A DNA stretch of 64,000 bases. Origin: Anthoceros angustus. Taxonomy: Eukaryota; Plantae; Anthocerotophyta. Numbering within the stretch: the stretch's first letter is position 1; each line of letters starts with the position of its first letter. The stretch spans positions 186,001 to 250,000 of the forward strand of contig MU008214.1 of NCBI GenBank assembly GCA_010909165.1, given 5' to 3'. A program made the position numbers and the translations under genes. Positions 36,001 through 49,660 of this stretch are shown here, in pieces. The notes below the pieces were generated by a model. The model had not been told where the DNA came from and did not search any database. It saw only the letters and a program-made list of their open reading frames with translations.

Positions 36001-36569
36001 TCTCCTGCTACCCTACAAGGGCCGCGGTATGCCTATGCAAAGTGCACAAGGGAGGAAAAGGCATTATGTTGTGAAACGCCTCGGGCATAACACTAGACCC
36101 CACCGTTGTTAAATTACGACATGAAAGTACAATATAATTTTATAAAAATGAAATATTTTAAAGTTTTTTATTATAAAATAATCAGTCGAACCTCTGAAAT
36201 GGTGTAGCCCTCCTTGTAAGCCTACACATCGATACCCGATGGAAGTTAATGCCTGGCACAGCCGTGCCAGGCCTTACGGCTGGTGCCAAAAGCCATTCCG
36301 TTTCGCCCAACGACGCGGCCTTACCAGTTCTCATCCTCCGTCCCGTGAGTTGAACGCGGTCTTGCAGTATGCGATCACGCGATGGTAAACCATGCGTGCA
36401 TGAACCATGCTTGGATCACGCGATAATAAACCGTAAACATCAGCCTGTAGAGTTTCCGGTTACGATGAACTTAATGTGTTGAGAGCGGAAGGAACGCTAA
36501 TGGAACGCTGGCTTTGAGAGCGCGTTCATCTTTTGTCTCGCCGTTTTCTCTAGAAGAGTTGATTGCTTG

Positions 36570-37160
36570 TCTATCATACCTCGATGGAAAGCTTACAACA
36601 AGACGGACAAGCCGGTGTGAAGCACGCTCGGTTTCAATGAAAGGTGACAGAGATACGAGCAAAGGAAGCCTTTGAAAGGCATGCCATCTATTTCTCTACC
36701 CGCTTTGTCCAGATGAGTCAAATGCTTTCTTATCATACTTCAATGAAAAGCTTACAACGAGACGGACAAGCCGGTATGAAGCACGCTAGGTTCCAATGAA
36801 AGAAGACGGAGATATGAGCGAAAGACGCCTTTGAAAGGCATGTCATCTTTTTGTCTACCCGCTTTCTCCAGATGAGTCAAATGCTTTCTTATCAGTCTTT
36901 GAAGGAAAGCTTACAACATGACAGACACGTCGGTGTGCAGCACGCCTGGTTTCGATCAAAGATGAAGGAGATATGAACCGAAGAAGCTTTTGAAAGGCAG
37001 TTCACATTTTGTCTACCCGCTGTCTCCAGAAGAGTCAAATGCTCCCCTATCATACATCGATGAAAAGCTTACAACGAGACGGACAAGCCGGTATGCAGGC
37101 TACTTGGCTTCGATCAAGGACAACAGAGCTACTACGGAAAGCTGCCTTTGAAACAATGGT
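36570..37160. repeat. ~158-bp tandem repeat x4 (also duplicated at ~38620-39195)
   Basis: AAAGCTTACAAC..GACGGACAAGCCGGT..CTTTGAAAGGC..TCTACCCGC..GAGTCAAATGCT recurs near 36585, 36745, 36905 and 37062. Confidence 0.85.
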
Positions 37161-37597
37161 CACAGTTTCCAAGTCACTACTTTTGTCTTCTTCATTGGCA
37201 CTTCATCAAACCCTCTTAACCATTGCAAACTGTTTGAACCTTCATTCACAGGCACCTCTTGTAATGGCATTTGTGACCAAGGTCTCTCTCTTTGAAATTT
37301 TGTAAGTATCCGAATTTGATGTAAGGTTTGTTTCATGATAGCGGCAATATCAAAACACGGATCCTTGTGATGGAAAGCAACCTCACAAATCTCCCTACAT
37401 CCTGCTTCAATTGTGTCCATCCTTCGCTGCTTGTTGGGTCCCTTTGAATCCTTCTTATAGAAATTTGTTGGATGCTCTTTGTTTGCGCTCATACCGGCTA
37501 CAAAGTCCACCACTCATCCATCAAGATGTGAGCAACACGAATCATCCTGATGCCCATGTGCCCATTTGAATGGCTCGAGGAGCACACCACTCCAAAT

Positions 37598-38065
37598 ATC
37601 GGTGAGCACTAGTGTTTACTAATATCGGTTGTTATGGATTACAGCTGTGCGTAATGGTGTTCCTATTGGAGACAAGGTAAGAGTCATCATAAGACTCGCT
37701 AGGCGCATGCTCTGTGCCTCTTTACGGGAGGTGAGTGAAAAGCCGAGGATTTGCGAAACCTTCCTACCTGCCGAGAGGAACGAATTGCAGGCAGCATCGG
37801 ACTGGCTATACATAGTTCCTTGGGAGTACAAAGTGCTTGTCTCGTAGGTCTCAATCGATACAACAACCCTCCCATTTATATCACGGAGAACGGTGGGTAA
37901 CTTTCTGCCCCAAAGCTAGCGCACTTTAAAATCTTCCAGCCGCTAAGACAGGACGACGATAGGTGTGGATGGCTCCAACGATCCAGCAGTACCACTGACG
38001 TAGGTACTAAAGGACACAGCGACTGCGCTACTACCATGGCTACCTGACCAATCTTCAAGCTTTCT
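37598..38065 (+). pseudogene. Duplicated GH1 beta-glucosidase fragment (ITENG exon region)
   Basis: Near-identical copy of 35532-36000 within a tandem duplication. Confidence 0.8.
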
Positions 38066-40874
38066 CCTGCTACCCTACAAGGGCCGCGGTATGCCTATGC
38101 AAAGTGCACAAGGGAGGAAAAGGCATTATGTTGTGAAACGCCTCGGGCATAACACTAGACCCCACCGTTGTTAAATTACGACATGAAAGTACAATATAAT
38201 TTTATAAAAATGAAATATTTTAAAGTTTTTTATTATAAAATAATCAGTCGAACCTCTGAAATGGTGTAGCCTTGTGTTTCACATCGATACCCGATGGAAG
38301 TTAATGCCTGGCACAGCCGTGCCAGGCCTTGCAACTGGTGCCATCTGTTTCGCCCAACGACGCGGCCTTACCAGTTCTCATCCTCCGTCCCGTGAGTTGA
38401 ACGCGGTCTTGCAGTATGCGATCACGCGATGGTAAACCATGCGTGCATGAACCATGCTTGGATCACGCGATAATAAACCATGCGCTTATCAGCCTGTAGA
38501 GTTTCCCGGTTACGATGAACTTAATGTGTTGAGAGCGGAAGGAACGCTAATGGAACGCTGGCTTTGAGAGCGCGTTCATCTTTTGTCTCGCCGTTTTCTC
38601 TAGAAGAGTTGATTGCTTGTCTATCATACCTCGATGGAAAGCTTACAACAAGACGGACAAGCGGTGTGAAGCACGCTCGGTTTCAATGAAAGGTGACAGA
38701 GATAGAGCAAAGGAAGCCTTTGAAAGGCATGCCATCTATTTCTCTACCCGCTTTGTCCAGATGAGTCAAATGCTTTCTTATCATACTTCAATGAAAAGCT
38801 TACAACAAGACGGACAAGCCGGTATGAAGCACGCTAGGTTCCAATGAAAGAAGACGGAGATATGAGCGAAAGACGACGCCTTTGAAAGGCATGTCATCTT
38901 TTGTCTACCCGCTTTCTCCAGATGAGTCAAATGCTTTCTTATCAGTCTTTGATGGAAAGCTTACAACATGACACGTCGGTGCAGCACGCCTGGTTTCGAT
39001 CAAAGATGAAGGAGATATGAACCGAAGAAGCTTTTGAAAGGCTTCACATTTTGTCTACCCAGTCTGTAAGAGTCAAATGCTCCCCTATCATACATCGATG
39101 AAAAGCTTACAACGAGACGGACAAGCCGGTATGCAGGCTACTTGGCTTCGATCAAGGACAACAGAGCTACTACGGAAAGCGCCTTTGAAACAATGGTCAC
39201 AGTTTCCAAGTCACTACTTTTGTCTTCTTCATTGGCACTTCATCAAACCCTCTTAACCATTGCAAACTGTTTGAACCTTCATTCACAGGCACCTCTTGTA
39301 ATGGCATTTGTGACCAAGGTCTCTCTCTTTGAAATTTTGTAAGTATCCGAATTTGATGTAAGGTTTGTTTCATGATAGCGGCAATATCAAAACACGGATC
39401 CTTGTGATGGAAAGCAACCTCACAAATCTCCCTACATCCTGCTTCAATTGTGTCCATCCTTCGCTGCTTGTTGGGTCCCTTTGAATCCTTCTTATAGAAA
39501 TTTGTTGGATGCTCTTTGTTTGCGCTCATACCGGCTACAAAGTCCACCACTCATCCATCAAGATGTGAGCAACACGAATCATCCTGATGCCCATGTGCCC
39601 ATTTGAATGGCTCGAGGAGCACACCACTCCAAATATCGGTGAGAAGTGTCCGGGTTTAGGCAATTGCACCACGAATGGTGTATCCGAGGCCGCTCCTCAA
39701 AATTTTTGCACTCGATGCGATCCATGTACACTAAGCTCAATCAAAGCTGCCCTTGACAAGTAAGATCATCGGCCCTAATCGAACCCCTTTGGTCGGTGAT
39801 GGCGAAACTTTGAACATAGCGTGACGTGAATTTGGGCAATCGTTTGAATGAACATTAGGGTTAATGGTGATTGCCATGAAGCTAGGTATTGTAGCGTAAT
39901 TGGCGCATGGTTTACTATCGCATGATACCACACCGCAACACCGCGAATAACTGTTAGTGTACACAACGGGTTGACTCACAGACGGAGAATGAGAAGCGGT
40001 AAAGGCCGTCGTTGGGCGTATGAAATGGCTTTGGCACTACCGTAAGGCTGGCTGCACAATACCGCACGGGTGTGGCGGGCATTAACTCCATCGGGTATCG
40101 ATGTGTAGGCTCCTTGTAACAAATTACTGACCTTGTTGTGAAAAGTCATTTGGATTGTAAATCTCATTTCACCCCAAATTGAGCTAGGCCTTAGGTTTGA
40201 AGTTTATAAAATATGATAATTTTTATTGGGGGAACATTTTTATGGAAAAAATAGATGGGAAAAGCCCATCCGGTAGAGACAACCAAGGAAGACCACAGAG
40301 GTCGTGGTGAAAAGGAGTAGCTAAGCTCCTGCAGTCTGTTGCACCACGAATGGTGTATCCGAGGCCGCTCCTCAAAATTTTTGCACTCGATGCGATCCAT
40401 GTACACTAAGCTCAATCAAAGCTGCCCTTGACAAGTAAGATCATCGGCCTAATCGAACCCCTTTGGTCGGTAATGGCGACTTTGAACATAAGCGGGGCGT
40501 GAATTTGGGCAATCGTTTGAATGAACATTAGGGTTAATGGTGATTGCCATGAAGCTAGGTATTGTAGCGTAATTGGCGCATGGTTTACTATCGCATGATA
40601 CCCTTTCCATTGGGGAATAACTGTTAGTGTACACAACGGGTTGACTCACAGACGGAGAATGAAGGCCAGTAGGCCGTCGTTGTATGTGAAATGGCTTTGG
40701 CACTGTAAGGCACAACCGCGCGAGTGGCATGGGCATTAACTCCATCGGGTATCGATGTGTAGGCTCCTTGTAACAAAGGTACTGACCTTGTTGTGAAAAG
40801 TCATTTGGATTGTAAATCTCATTTCACCCCAAATTGAGCTAGGCCTTAGGTTTGAAGTTTATAAAATATGATAA

Positions 40875-42140
40875 TTTTTATTGGAGACATTTTTATGGAA
40901 AAAAAATAGATGGGAAAAGCCCATCCGGTGAGGACAACCAAGGAGACCACAGAGGTCGTGGTGAAAAGGAGTAGCTAAGCTCCCTGCAGGAAGTCACCAA
41001 CTGCACCTACAATATTGAACGCTGGAAGAGTAAACGTCTTACAAACAACAGAGGAAGAGGAGGATGCATCACTTGCTGTCGCCGCTCTGTGGAAAATCGC
41101 CGTGGAAAGGACCCGAAGAAGGGCAATGGAGACCGTGTCTGAAGAATGTCGTGAAGTAGGAAAGGGACTGCCTCGCACCGTGCCTGCAGACATGATAAGC
41201 CTTGGCGCATGACTTGATAAATGTATCAAAATCCTTAGCCATCGCCATATACGTTTCAAAGGCGAGAGGAATGAATTGGTGGCCCGCTTGCATCCCGCTA
41301 TATTTCTTGACTTTGAGAGCCGCCGCCCCGGCAACAGCCCATCCTGGATGGTTAGTGATCACCTGTGCAGAGATGGTGTCGCGTGCAAGGTCAATAACCA
41401 CCACGTCCACCACCGAATCTTGGTCACCGCGTATGAAGTACAAGTCACCCTCATTGACTGACCTGTACGAAAAGTGTAGCCTCTCTCCCTTCAGGCCATG
41501 TAGTCGCTTTCACGAGCTATGGCGAACATGACATCACAAATGGCATCATGGGTGGCAATGCGATGACCCCGGAAACAACGATCAAGGTATCCCAGAGTCG
41601 TCAAGAACAACCTTTTCGAAGGTAAGGAGGAAGAAGCCTGGGCGGGGCCAAGGCAATCGCATCGTAGTAGAAGGTAGTTGGTGCGATGTGAAACCCCATA
41701 TACATGGATGAGCTAAAAGCCGAGCTTGCGCCTTGAAACAAGAAAGCTAAGCTGTGTGGACCTAGGGATGGAGGTGTCGGAGGGCCAGTGGCGGTCCAAA
41801 CCCTAGAACAACCACAAGAGTCTATGAGTCCCAGAGAGCAATTGCTCTAGCTCTCACATCCAATTTAGGGTCCACTTCACGTCTTTCAAGGAGCATATAG
41901 GTGCCTATATCGCAAAGAAGAGGAAATAAAAGAATCTGAACCCAGAAAGTGAATCAAAGTGGACGTTGGAAGGAAGTATGTATCTAGTTGAGGCTATGGC
42001 TCGGTCTTCAAGGAGGAGCCTATCTAGACCTGGACCGAGGCACAAGAAATAGAGTTTGTTGGCGAGTCCCAAGCCCAAGAGCGACCACTCTATCTAGCTC
42101 CCACGTCCAATGCAAGGACCACGCTCAAATGCCTTGTGCA
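40875..42140 (-). mobile_element. CRE-like non-LTR retrotransposon 3' part (RLE domain and 3' UTR), copy 1
   Basis: DVVVIDL..GWAVAGAAALKVKKY..FIPLAFETY..FRH.VSIAL; 3' hairpin and A-rich tail. Confidence 0.75.
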
Positions 42141-42684
42141 ATTGCACCACGAATGGTGTATCCGAGGCCGCTCCTCAAAATTTTTGCACGATCCATGTAC
42201 ACTAAGCTCAATCAAAGCTGCCCTTGACAAGTAAGATCATCGGCCTAATCTGAACCCCTTTGGTCAGCGTAAGCGGAAACTTTGAACATAGCAGACGTGA
42301 ATTTGGGCAATCGTTTGAATGAACATTAGGGTTAATGGTGATTGCCATGAAGCTAGGTATTGTAAGCGTAATTGGCGCATGGTTTACTATCGCATGATAC
42401 CCGCACCGCAACACCGCGAATAACTGTTAGTGTACACAACGGGTTAGACAGACGGAGAATGAGAAGCGTAAGGCCGTTGGGCGTATGAAATGGCTTTGGC
42501 ACTACCGTAAGGCCTGGCACAACCGTACCGCACGGGCTGTGGCAGGCATTAACTTCCATCGGGTATCGATGTGTAGGCTCCTTGTAACAAGGTACAGCCT
42601 TGTTGTGAAAAGTCATTTGGATTGTAAATCTCATTTCACCCCAAATTGAGCTAGGCCTTAGGTTTGAAGTTTATAAAATATGAT

Positions 42685-43990
42685 AATTTTTATTGGGGGG
42701 AACATTTTTTATGGGAAAAAAAAATAGATGGGAAAAGCCCATCCGGTAGAGGACAACCAAGGAAGACCCTGAAGGTCGTGGTGAAAAGGAGTAGCTAAGC
42801 TCCCTGCAGGAAGTCACCAACTGCACCTACAATATTGAACGCTGGAAGAGTAAACGTCTTACAAACAACAGAGGAAGAGGAGGATGCATCACTTGCTGTC
42901 GCCGCTCTGTGGAAAATCGCCGTGGAAAGGACCCGAAGAAGGGCAATGGAGACCGTGTCTGAAGAATGTCGTGAAGTAGGAAAGGGACTGCCTCGCACCG
43001 TGCCTGCAGACATGATAAGCCTTGGCGCATGACTTGATAAATGTATCAAAATCCTTAGCCATCGCCATATACGTTTCAAAGGCGAGAGGAATGAATTGGT
43101 GGCCCGCTTGCATCCCGCTATATTTCTTGACTTTGAGAGCCGCCGCCCCGGCAACAGCCCATCCTGGATGGTTAGTGATCACTCGGAGAGATGGTGTCGT
43201 GCAAGGTCAATAACCACCACGTCCACCACCGAATCTTGGTCACGCGTGAAGTACAAGTCACCCTCATTGGTGACACATGCGAAAAGTGTAGCCTCTCTCC
43301 CTTCAGGCCATGTAGTCGCTTTCACGAGCTATGGCGAACATGACATCACAAATGGCATCATGGGTGGCAATGCGATGACCCCGGAAACAACGATCAAGGT
43401 ATCCCAGAGTCGTCAAGAGCACAACCGCACTCGAAGGTAAGGAGGGAAGAAGCCACAAGCTGGAGCAGGCCAAGACGAAATCGCATCGTAGTAGAGAAGG
43501 TAGTTGGTGCGATGTGAAAACCCCATATACATGGATGAGCTAAAAGCCAGGCGCTTGCGCCCTTCCCAGAGCAAGAGCGAAGCTAAGCCTGTGTGGACCT
43601 AGGGATGGAGGTGTCCAGGAGGACGGACTGAAAAGCGGTCCAAACCCTAGAACAACCACAAGAGTCTATGAGTCCCAGAGAGCAATTGCTCTAGCTCTCA
43701 CATCCAATTTAGGGTCCACTTCACGTCTTTCAAGGAGCATATAGGTGCCTATATCGCAAAGAAGAGGAAATAAAAGAATCTGAACCCAGAAAGTGAATCA
43801 AAGTGGACGTTGGAAGGAAGTATGTATCTAGTTGAGGCTATGGCTCAGGTCTTCAAGGAGGAGCCTATCTAGACCCTGGACCAGGCACAAGAAATAGAGT
43901 TTGTTGACGAGTCCCAAGCCCAAGAGCGACCACTCTATCTAGCTCCCACGTCCAATGCAAGGACCACGCTCAAATGCCTTGTGCAATTGC
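42685..43990 (-). mobile_element. CRE-like non-LTR retrotransposon 3' part, copy 2 (tandem duplicate)
   Basis: Same ORF fragments as 40975-41443. Confidence 0.75.
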
Positions 43991-44446
43991 CTGCACCTTA
44001 GGCACTTCACTGGTGTCCTTGCAGTGGCAGCACTATAATTGGCAATTCATTTCTTTGGTGGTGAGGTTCTTCTGGGGACATTGGCTTGAGTTTGTTCCCT
44101 GTCCGGAGTTCTTCCTTGAGGCTTCTGTGAACTTGTGGTGTTGTGATGCCCCCTTGTCACGTTATACTATTTCTAATAAGCATTGGTCAATACATCTCCC
44201 TTCATGACTCTCTTAGCCATCTCATAAGCTTGTTCCAGCTCGTTAGAATTTCCATTGTATTGTTCAGTATTTTTTGTGGATATCATTTAGTATTGGCGAA
44301 ACACAAGTCTTGCGTGAAGCAGGTTATAATAGTGAAGAGGCAAATGAGGCTGTGTGTCTTGCCATTCATGAGAAAAAGGCTGTGGTTGATGGGTTTATGG
44401 TGGGAGGGTATCTTCCACGCACTCTGGCAAGAAAGGCTCAAAAATC

Positions 44447-46259
44447 TGTAAGGGTATTAAAGCCCAATGTACTTAGACTAATACACTTAGTCTAAGTTAA
44501 GTGTCAGTTAAGTATCATTAGTTTAGCTGAAGCTAATCACTAGGAAGCTTCTTGTGCTCCTTCCTAGGGGGTTCTTGTGGAGCTTCCTAGGGAGCCCTGT
44601 TGGAGGGTATAAATACCCCCATAGCCTCATCTCAAGGAGAGAGATACATTTGCCTCCTCCTCTCCTCTCCTCTTTCCACCATCATGTGCTGCCACACGAT
44701 CCTTCAACTGGTATCAGAGCCAGTCAAAATGACAACTTTGCGATGTGTTCTTGCTTTGGTTGTCAGGAATGATATGGAACTTATACAGATGGATGTCAAG
44801 ACGGCATTCTTGCATGGTGACCTTCAAGAGGAAGTCTACATGCAGCAACCAGAAGGTTTTGTTGAGAAGGGCAAGAGAATCGGTGTGCGAGGTTGAGGAA
44901 GAGCCTTTATGGTTTGAAATAGGCACCAGTGGTATCACAAGTTCCACTCATTTATGCTTTCTCAAGGCTACAAGCGTGGCGATGAGGATCATTGCCTCTA
45001 TCTGAAGCAAGCTAAGGATCAAAGCTTGCTCATTTTGATCCTCTATGTGGATGATATGCTAATTCTTTGGGAGCAGTCTTGATGAGATTTGTTGAAGTCA
45101 AAGTTGAATGCTCACTTTGAAATAGCAGACTTGGGAGGCGAGCCATATACTTGGCATGCGTATTCGTCGGAGCAGACATAGCGTCACTTTATTTGTCTCG
45201 GACGGAATACATTAGAGTGCTTCAACGTTTCAACATGGAGAAGGGAAGCCATTGGGTACTCCATTGCCTCCATATGTGAAACTTTCAAGCGCGGTTGCCC
45301 AAGCTTTGAGGATGACAAAGCTGAAATGGAGAAGGTCCCATACTCATCGGTAGGGAGTTTGATGTATGCAATGATTGCTACGTCGACATTGCCTTTGCGG
45401 TGGGAGTGGTTAGCGAGTTTATGTCAAACCACGGCAAGAAGCATTGGGAGGCGATAAAAGGAGTTATGAGGTATCTGAATGGTACAAAAGCTTTGTGCAT
45501 ATGTTTTGGTAGTGAAGATGCATGTGTGGTTGGGTACAGATGCGATTATCGAGGATATGGACAAAGGAGGTCCACATCGGTTATGTCTTCATGTGCCTTT
45601 GGAGGCGATCTCATGGCGATCTCGTTTGCGATCGTGCATTCGCTATCTACCACAGGAGGAGTATGTTGCGACAGCGGGGCTTGCAAGGAAGCCATATGGC
45701 TTGCTCGTTTAGTGGGAGACTTGGGGATCAAGGTTGAGCCGGTGTTGCATTGTGATAGCAGTGCTATCAATTGGCAAAGAATCCGATGTTTCATGCGAAG
45801 ACTAAACATGTGGATGTGAAGTATCACTTCATTCGAGAGGTGTTGGACGACAAGAGGTACAACTTGTCAAGGTTCACCGGCCGAACCTATGAGATATTCT
45901 TACCAAGGGACTCTCTACGACAATTTGCACAAGCTCGGACGGACGATGGGCATGAGGTAGTCCATTCTCTCTGAAGGTAAATTGGCCTTTAAGTGGGAGG
46001 TTGTAAGGGTATTAAAGCCCAATGTACTTAGACTAATACACTTAGTCTAAGTTAAGTGTCAGTTAAGTATCATTAGTTTAGCTGAAGCTAATCACTAGGA
46101 AGCTTCTTGTGCTCCTTCCTAGGGGGTTCTTGTGGAGCTTCCTAGGGAGCCCTGTTGGAGGGTATAAACACCCCCATAGCCTCATCTCAAGGAGAGATAC
46201 ATTTGCCTCCTCCTCTCCTCTCCTCTTTCCACCATCATATGCTGCCACACGATCCTTCA
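44447..46259 (+). mobile_element. Internally deleted Copia LTR retrotransposon with both LTRs and a 5-bp target-site duplication
   Basis: LTRs 44447-44706 and 46002-46259 (TG..CA, few differences), TSD AAATC on both sides, PBS TGGTATCAGAGC at 44709, PPT AAGTGGGAGG at 45991. Interior holds only RT ([20 protein letters not shown]) and RNase H (LHCD, KTKHVDVKYHFIRE), frameshifted. Confidence 0.95.
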
Positions 46260-46494
46260 AAATCTTCTAGCTGAATTCAAGGTAATCTTCAATATCTCCC
46301 ATTGTTCATTTCCTTGAGCGGCTTATGTGCATTGTCCTGGACTCTGACTCACTGTTTTGATTTGACTCGCAGGGGAGGAAACCTATGTTTTGATGAAGTG
46401 GAGAGTGTTTGAGAAGAAGAAGGGGAGTCAGGTTGTGGAACATAGGCTAGTGTCAAGGTCTTAGGGTTCAAAATAACTGCTCCACCCCGGACCA

Positions 46495-46979
46495 CAAATA
46501 ATGCTTAACTTTACTACGGACCTTGCACTTTACTACGACCCCTTTTATAAATGGCATTTCAAAGCATGCTTCACTTTACCACGAAACCTTCACTTTCCTA
46601 CGAGCGCTACATTATACTACGACATGTTTTACGCCCTTTTTCTCAACGAAACAGACTTTACAACGAAACCGACTTTACAATGAAACAGATTTTACAACCG
46701 TTGATGGGTTAGTTAACCCCGATTATCCTAACCGGGGTTAGTGCTAATGTAAAACTCCTTGTAAACACATCGTAGTAGTGGGTGTTGTAAAACTTGAAGG
46801 GTTAAGGTACATCATATATGCCCAGGTATACTACATACAGATACAGCATACATGCCTAGGGTATTTTACTTGGATACAACTCCATGGTGCTTACTACGGG
46901 CGTTTTACTACAAGACAGTTCGGTCCGTGGTGAAATCCAAAGTATTTTCCGTAGTAAAGGAGTGGTTTTTCTAGTAGTG
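46495..46979. mobile_element. Non-autonomous CACTA-like fragment
   Basis: Ends in TTTTCTAGTAGTG (reverse complement of CACTACTAGAAAA). Subterminal TTTAC(T/A)AC motifs switch orientation around a central hairpin at ~46712-46740. No left CACTA end seen. Confidence 0.55.
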
Positions 46980-46982
46980 ATA

Positions 46983-47292
46983 AGGCACACACAGCAAACA
47001 ATGCTGATTGCCCACAACATACCACATCAGGCTGATTACCACATACAAGGCTAATTACCCCAGAGCGCATGAAGGGTGGGCTAATTTAAGAAGCCACATA
47101 GCGCACACAAGGCCACACAAAGGTACACATGGCACACATGGCACACAAGGCTGATTACCCACAAAATTGCATACAAGGCTGATATCTGCACACAAGGCTA
47201 ATTGCCGCATACAAGGCTGATTACCCACAAAACTAGACACAAGGCTGATTGCCGCACATAAGTCTGGTTACCCACAACACTGCACACAAGAG
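46983..47292. repeat. Degenerate short tandem repeat (CACAAGGCTGATTACCCACA-like)
   Basis: Motif recurs about 8 times. Confidence 0.7.
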
Positions 47293-47621
47293 CTGAATAT
47301 AGTCGCCAGAGCTCGAGCTTGCAATATCGTGAGCCCGCATCCTTGGTGCGACCGTCTGCCGGACATGGCGAGCAAGTGTAGGAGATGTAGCCAGGCTTTG
47401 TCTCAAGTGAAGGAAGCAACTCAACACTAAGCGCAGGATGGAGACGGTGCGACGGTAGGAGGGCGTCCACTTGTGAGGCCGAAATTGGGGTTCAAAGTAA
47501 GCGGTTGGTTGACTTACCAACGGGTGAAATGAAAACTAAAGTAAAAATAAAAGTATATAAAGTAAAAATAAAATAAAGCAAAATATATAAATTAATTAAA
47601 TATTATTAACTTAAAGTCACA

Positions 47622-47807
47622 CTCTCTCACATCTCTCTCTATTTTCCAAAATAACCAAGTGTTCCAAGCCATCTCTCACATCTCTCTCTATTTTCCAAAA
47701 TAACCAAGTGTTCCAAGCCATCTCTTTCTATTTTCCAAAATAACCAAGTGTTCCAAGCCATCTCTCACATCTCTCTCTATTTTCCAAAATAACCCAGTGT
47801 TCCAAGC
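47622..47807. repeat. ~48-bp tandem repeat x4 (CTCTCACATCTCTCTCTATTTTCCAAAATAACCAAGTGTTCCAAGCCAT)
   Basis: Directly visible. Confidence 0.9.
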
Positions 47808-48959
47808 TATATGGTACTAAAGTGTATCACTAAACCATGCTTGCACCCAAGGTTGTAGTAAACCATTGGCTGTTGTTAAATACCATTGTCTTGTTGTAAA
47901 CGAATGCCTTGAAATCAAGGAAGTCCTGCAATAACTTGTAGCCTTGTAGTAAAGAGACAACTCATCCTTGTAAAATCCCCAAGCTCTGTTGTAAATTACG
48001 AGTGCCCCCGCAGTAAAGCACATTTTGATGTGTCTCATCATTGTTAAAACCTTTGGTGAAATAAGCCCTGTAGCAAAATCTGAATCAATCCTTGTAAATT
48101 CATTGGATATACTTGAAAATAATACATGGACCTGAAACGAACGTATAACTATCGTAGTAAAACGAGCTGCTGTAGTAAAATGAACCCTCGTTGTAAAATT
48201 GCTCTTAGTAAATGTATAATTTTACTAGTCGTATACTTTGCCCTCCCTTCTCTCTACCTGCTCTAATCCCTCCTTACCCAAGCCCAAGTTGGTCTAGTTT
48301 GATTCTAACCCACTTAGAACTTCACTCACATTTAATGCCCTCTCACACCAACCTCCATCCACACATGCTTGCCCAAACCGGGCCTACCACAGGCTGTCCT
48401 TCTCTAGTTATGTATTTCACCTTGCTTACCTTGGTCACCCAACTCCGAACCCCTTTTGCAATTCACTAGGGTTCAATAAACTCCATCTTTCCTTTTAATC
48501 ATGGATGAACTCACTAAACATAACTATCAGATTTAGCCATGTGTTCACTCAATCAACTACTCATAACCGACTCCTAGTAAATAATGGTCTATGCTACCCG
48601 ACACATGTTACCTGACATGCCACTCCTAGAATGCATAAGCATTTAAAATGCTACACTTATTCCGAAAAATGTATGTCTCCAATATCATCATGTTCTTCCG
48701 GATTTGAGCAATTTTCCTTCTTGGTCTATAAGGGTGAGAGGCCGCAAGAGCTCTATGCATGAGGAGGAAAGCATGCTCTTGTAACGCTTCGTTTTCGGGT
48801 GGGAAGAAGAGTTTCGCCCTAAGGCTTGTTGGGTCAGTGTCATGGATGTGTGGGAAAGTGCATTTTTCTCACTTTCTGCAACTTCCTATCGATCCGCATG
48901 TGCCGATGTTTAATTTGGTGTGGTTTGTAGTCGAATCTAACTGTGGCCACTACGCTATC

Positions 48960-49660
48960 GCAGCTCCCGAGCTTGAAGGTGCTCAACCTAGCATAGAGCC
49001 AGCGAGCATAGGAGAGATACTCTAGCTCGTGTACTAGAGCAGCTTGGAAATGTTTCAATCAGTTGAGAAAGTGATATCACCTTGTGGACTTTTCTTACTA
49101 GAATCTTGGAACTACTAACAGAGGTGTAAAAGCTTACCTTTTGTTTCTTGTGTGGGATGGCAGGGAGTAGCAAAGCTAGGCCATTGGGGAGTCATTTGAA
49201 ATTGCAAAACAGTTGCCAATATGCATCAATCCAGGCCACAGCTCAAGCTGGAAATTTTACCTTTATTTTCAGACTTTCCTTGGTATGGATTTGGCATGTG
49301 GATTTGTGTTTTGTTGCATTTTGTTTTTCTTGCTTAGCTTTTTAAGCATGATAATAGGTGCTTTACATCCTTGCTTGCTTCAGCTAGAGACCAATTTGTA
49401 CATATGTTGTTCGACAATAAAATTATTGCAGATGGCGAGCTATTTGCAAAGCTTAGAGAGGATGTGCGAGATAAATTGGAAGATCGAGTAAGTACTTGTA
49501 ATAGCAAAGTCATATTATCGGTTTTTGTAATGAGTCCGCTTGAACTCAGGTTCCAAGGTACTTACAGGCTATTGTGAAGAGCTACTCGTTACTTGCTATC
49601 AATGAATCTCGTCCAGATGAAAAAGTTGTTGCATACATGGTGCAAAGGGTAGAGAAGGTA
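48960..49660 (+). pseudogene. Intron-containing gene fragment of unknown identity
   Basis: Exon-like pieces bounded by AG/GT (..ARDQFVHMLFDNKIIADGELFAKLREDVRDKLEDR|VPRYLQAIVKSYSLLAINESRPDEKVVAYMVQRVEK|); stops in the upstream piece. Confidence 0.35.

Larger units (their letters stand above)
35532..39643. repeat. Tandem duplication of ~2.05 kb (35532-37597 / 37598-39634)
   Basis: Long identical stretches; 9-bp microhomology ATCGGTGAG at all three boundaries. Confidence 0.9.
39660..43990. repeat. Complex tandem duplication X-X-Y-X-Y (X ~670 bp, Y ~1.15 kb)
   Basis: X starts at 39660, ~40339 and 42138; GCAATTGC microhomology at 39660, 42138 and 43983. Confidence 0.88.
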
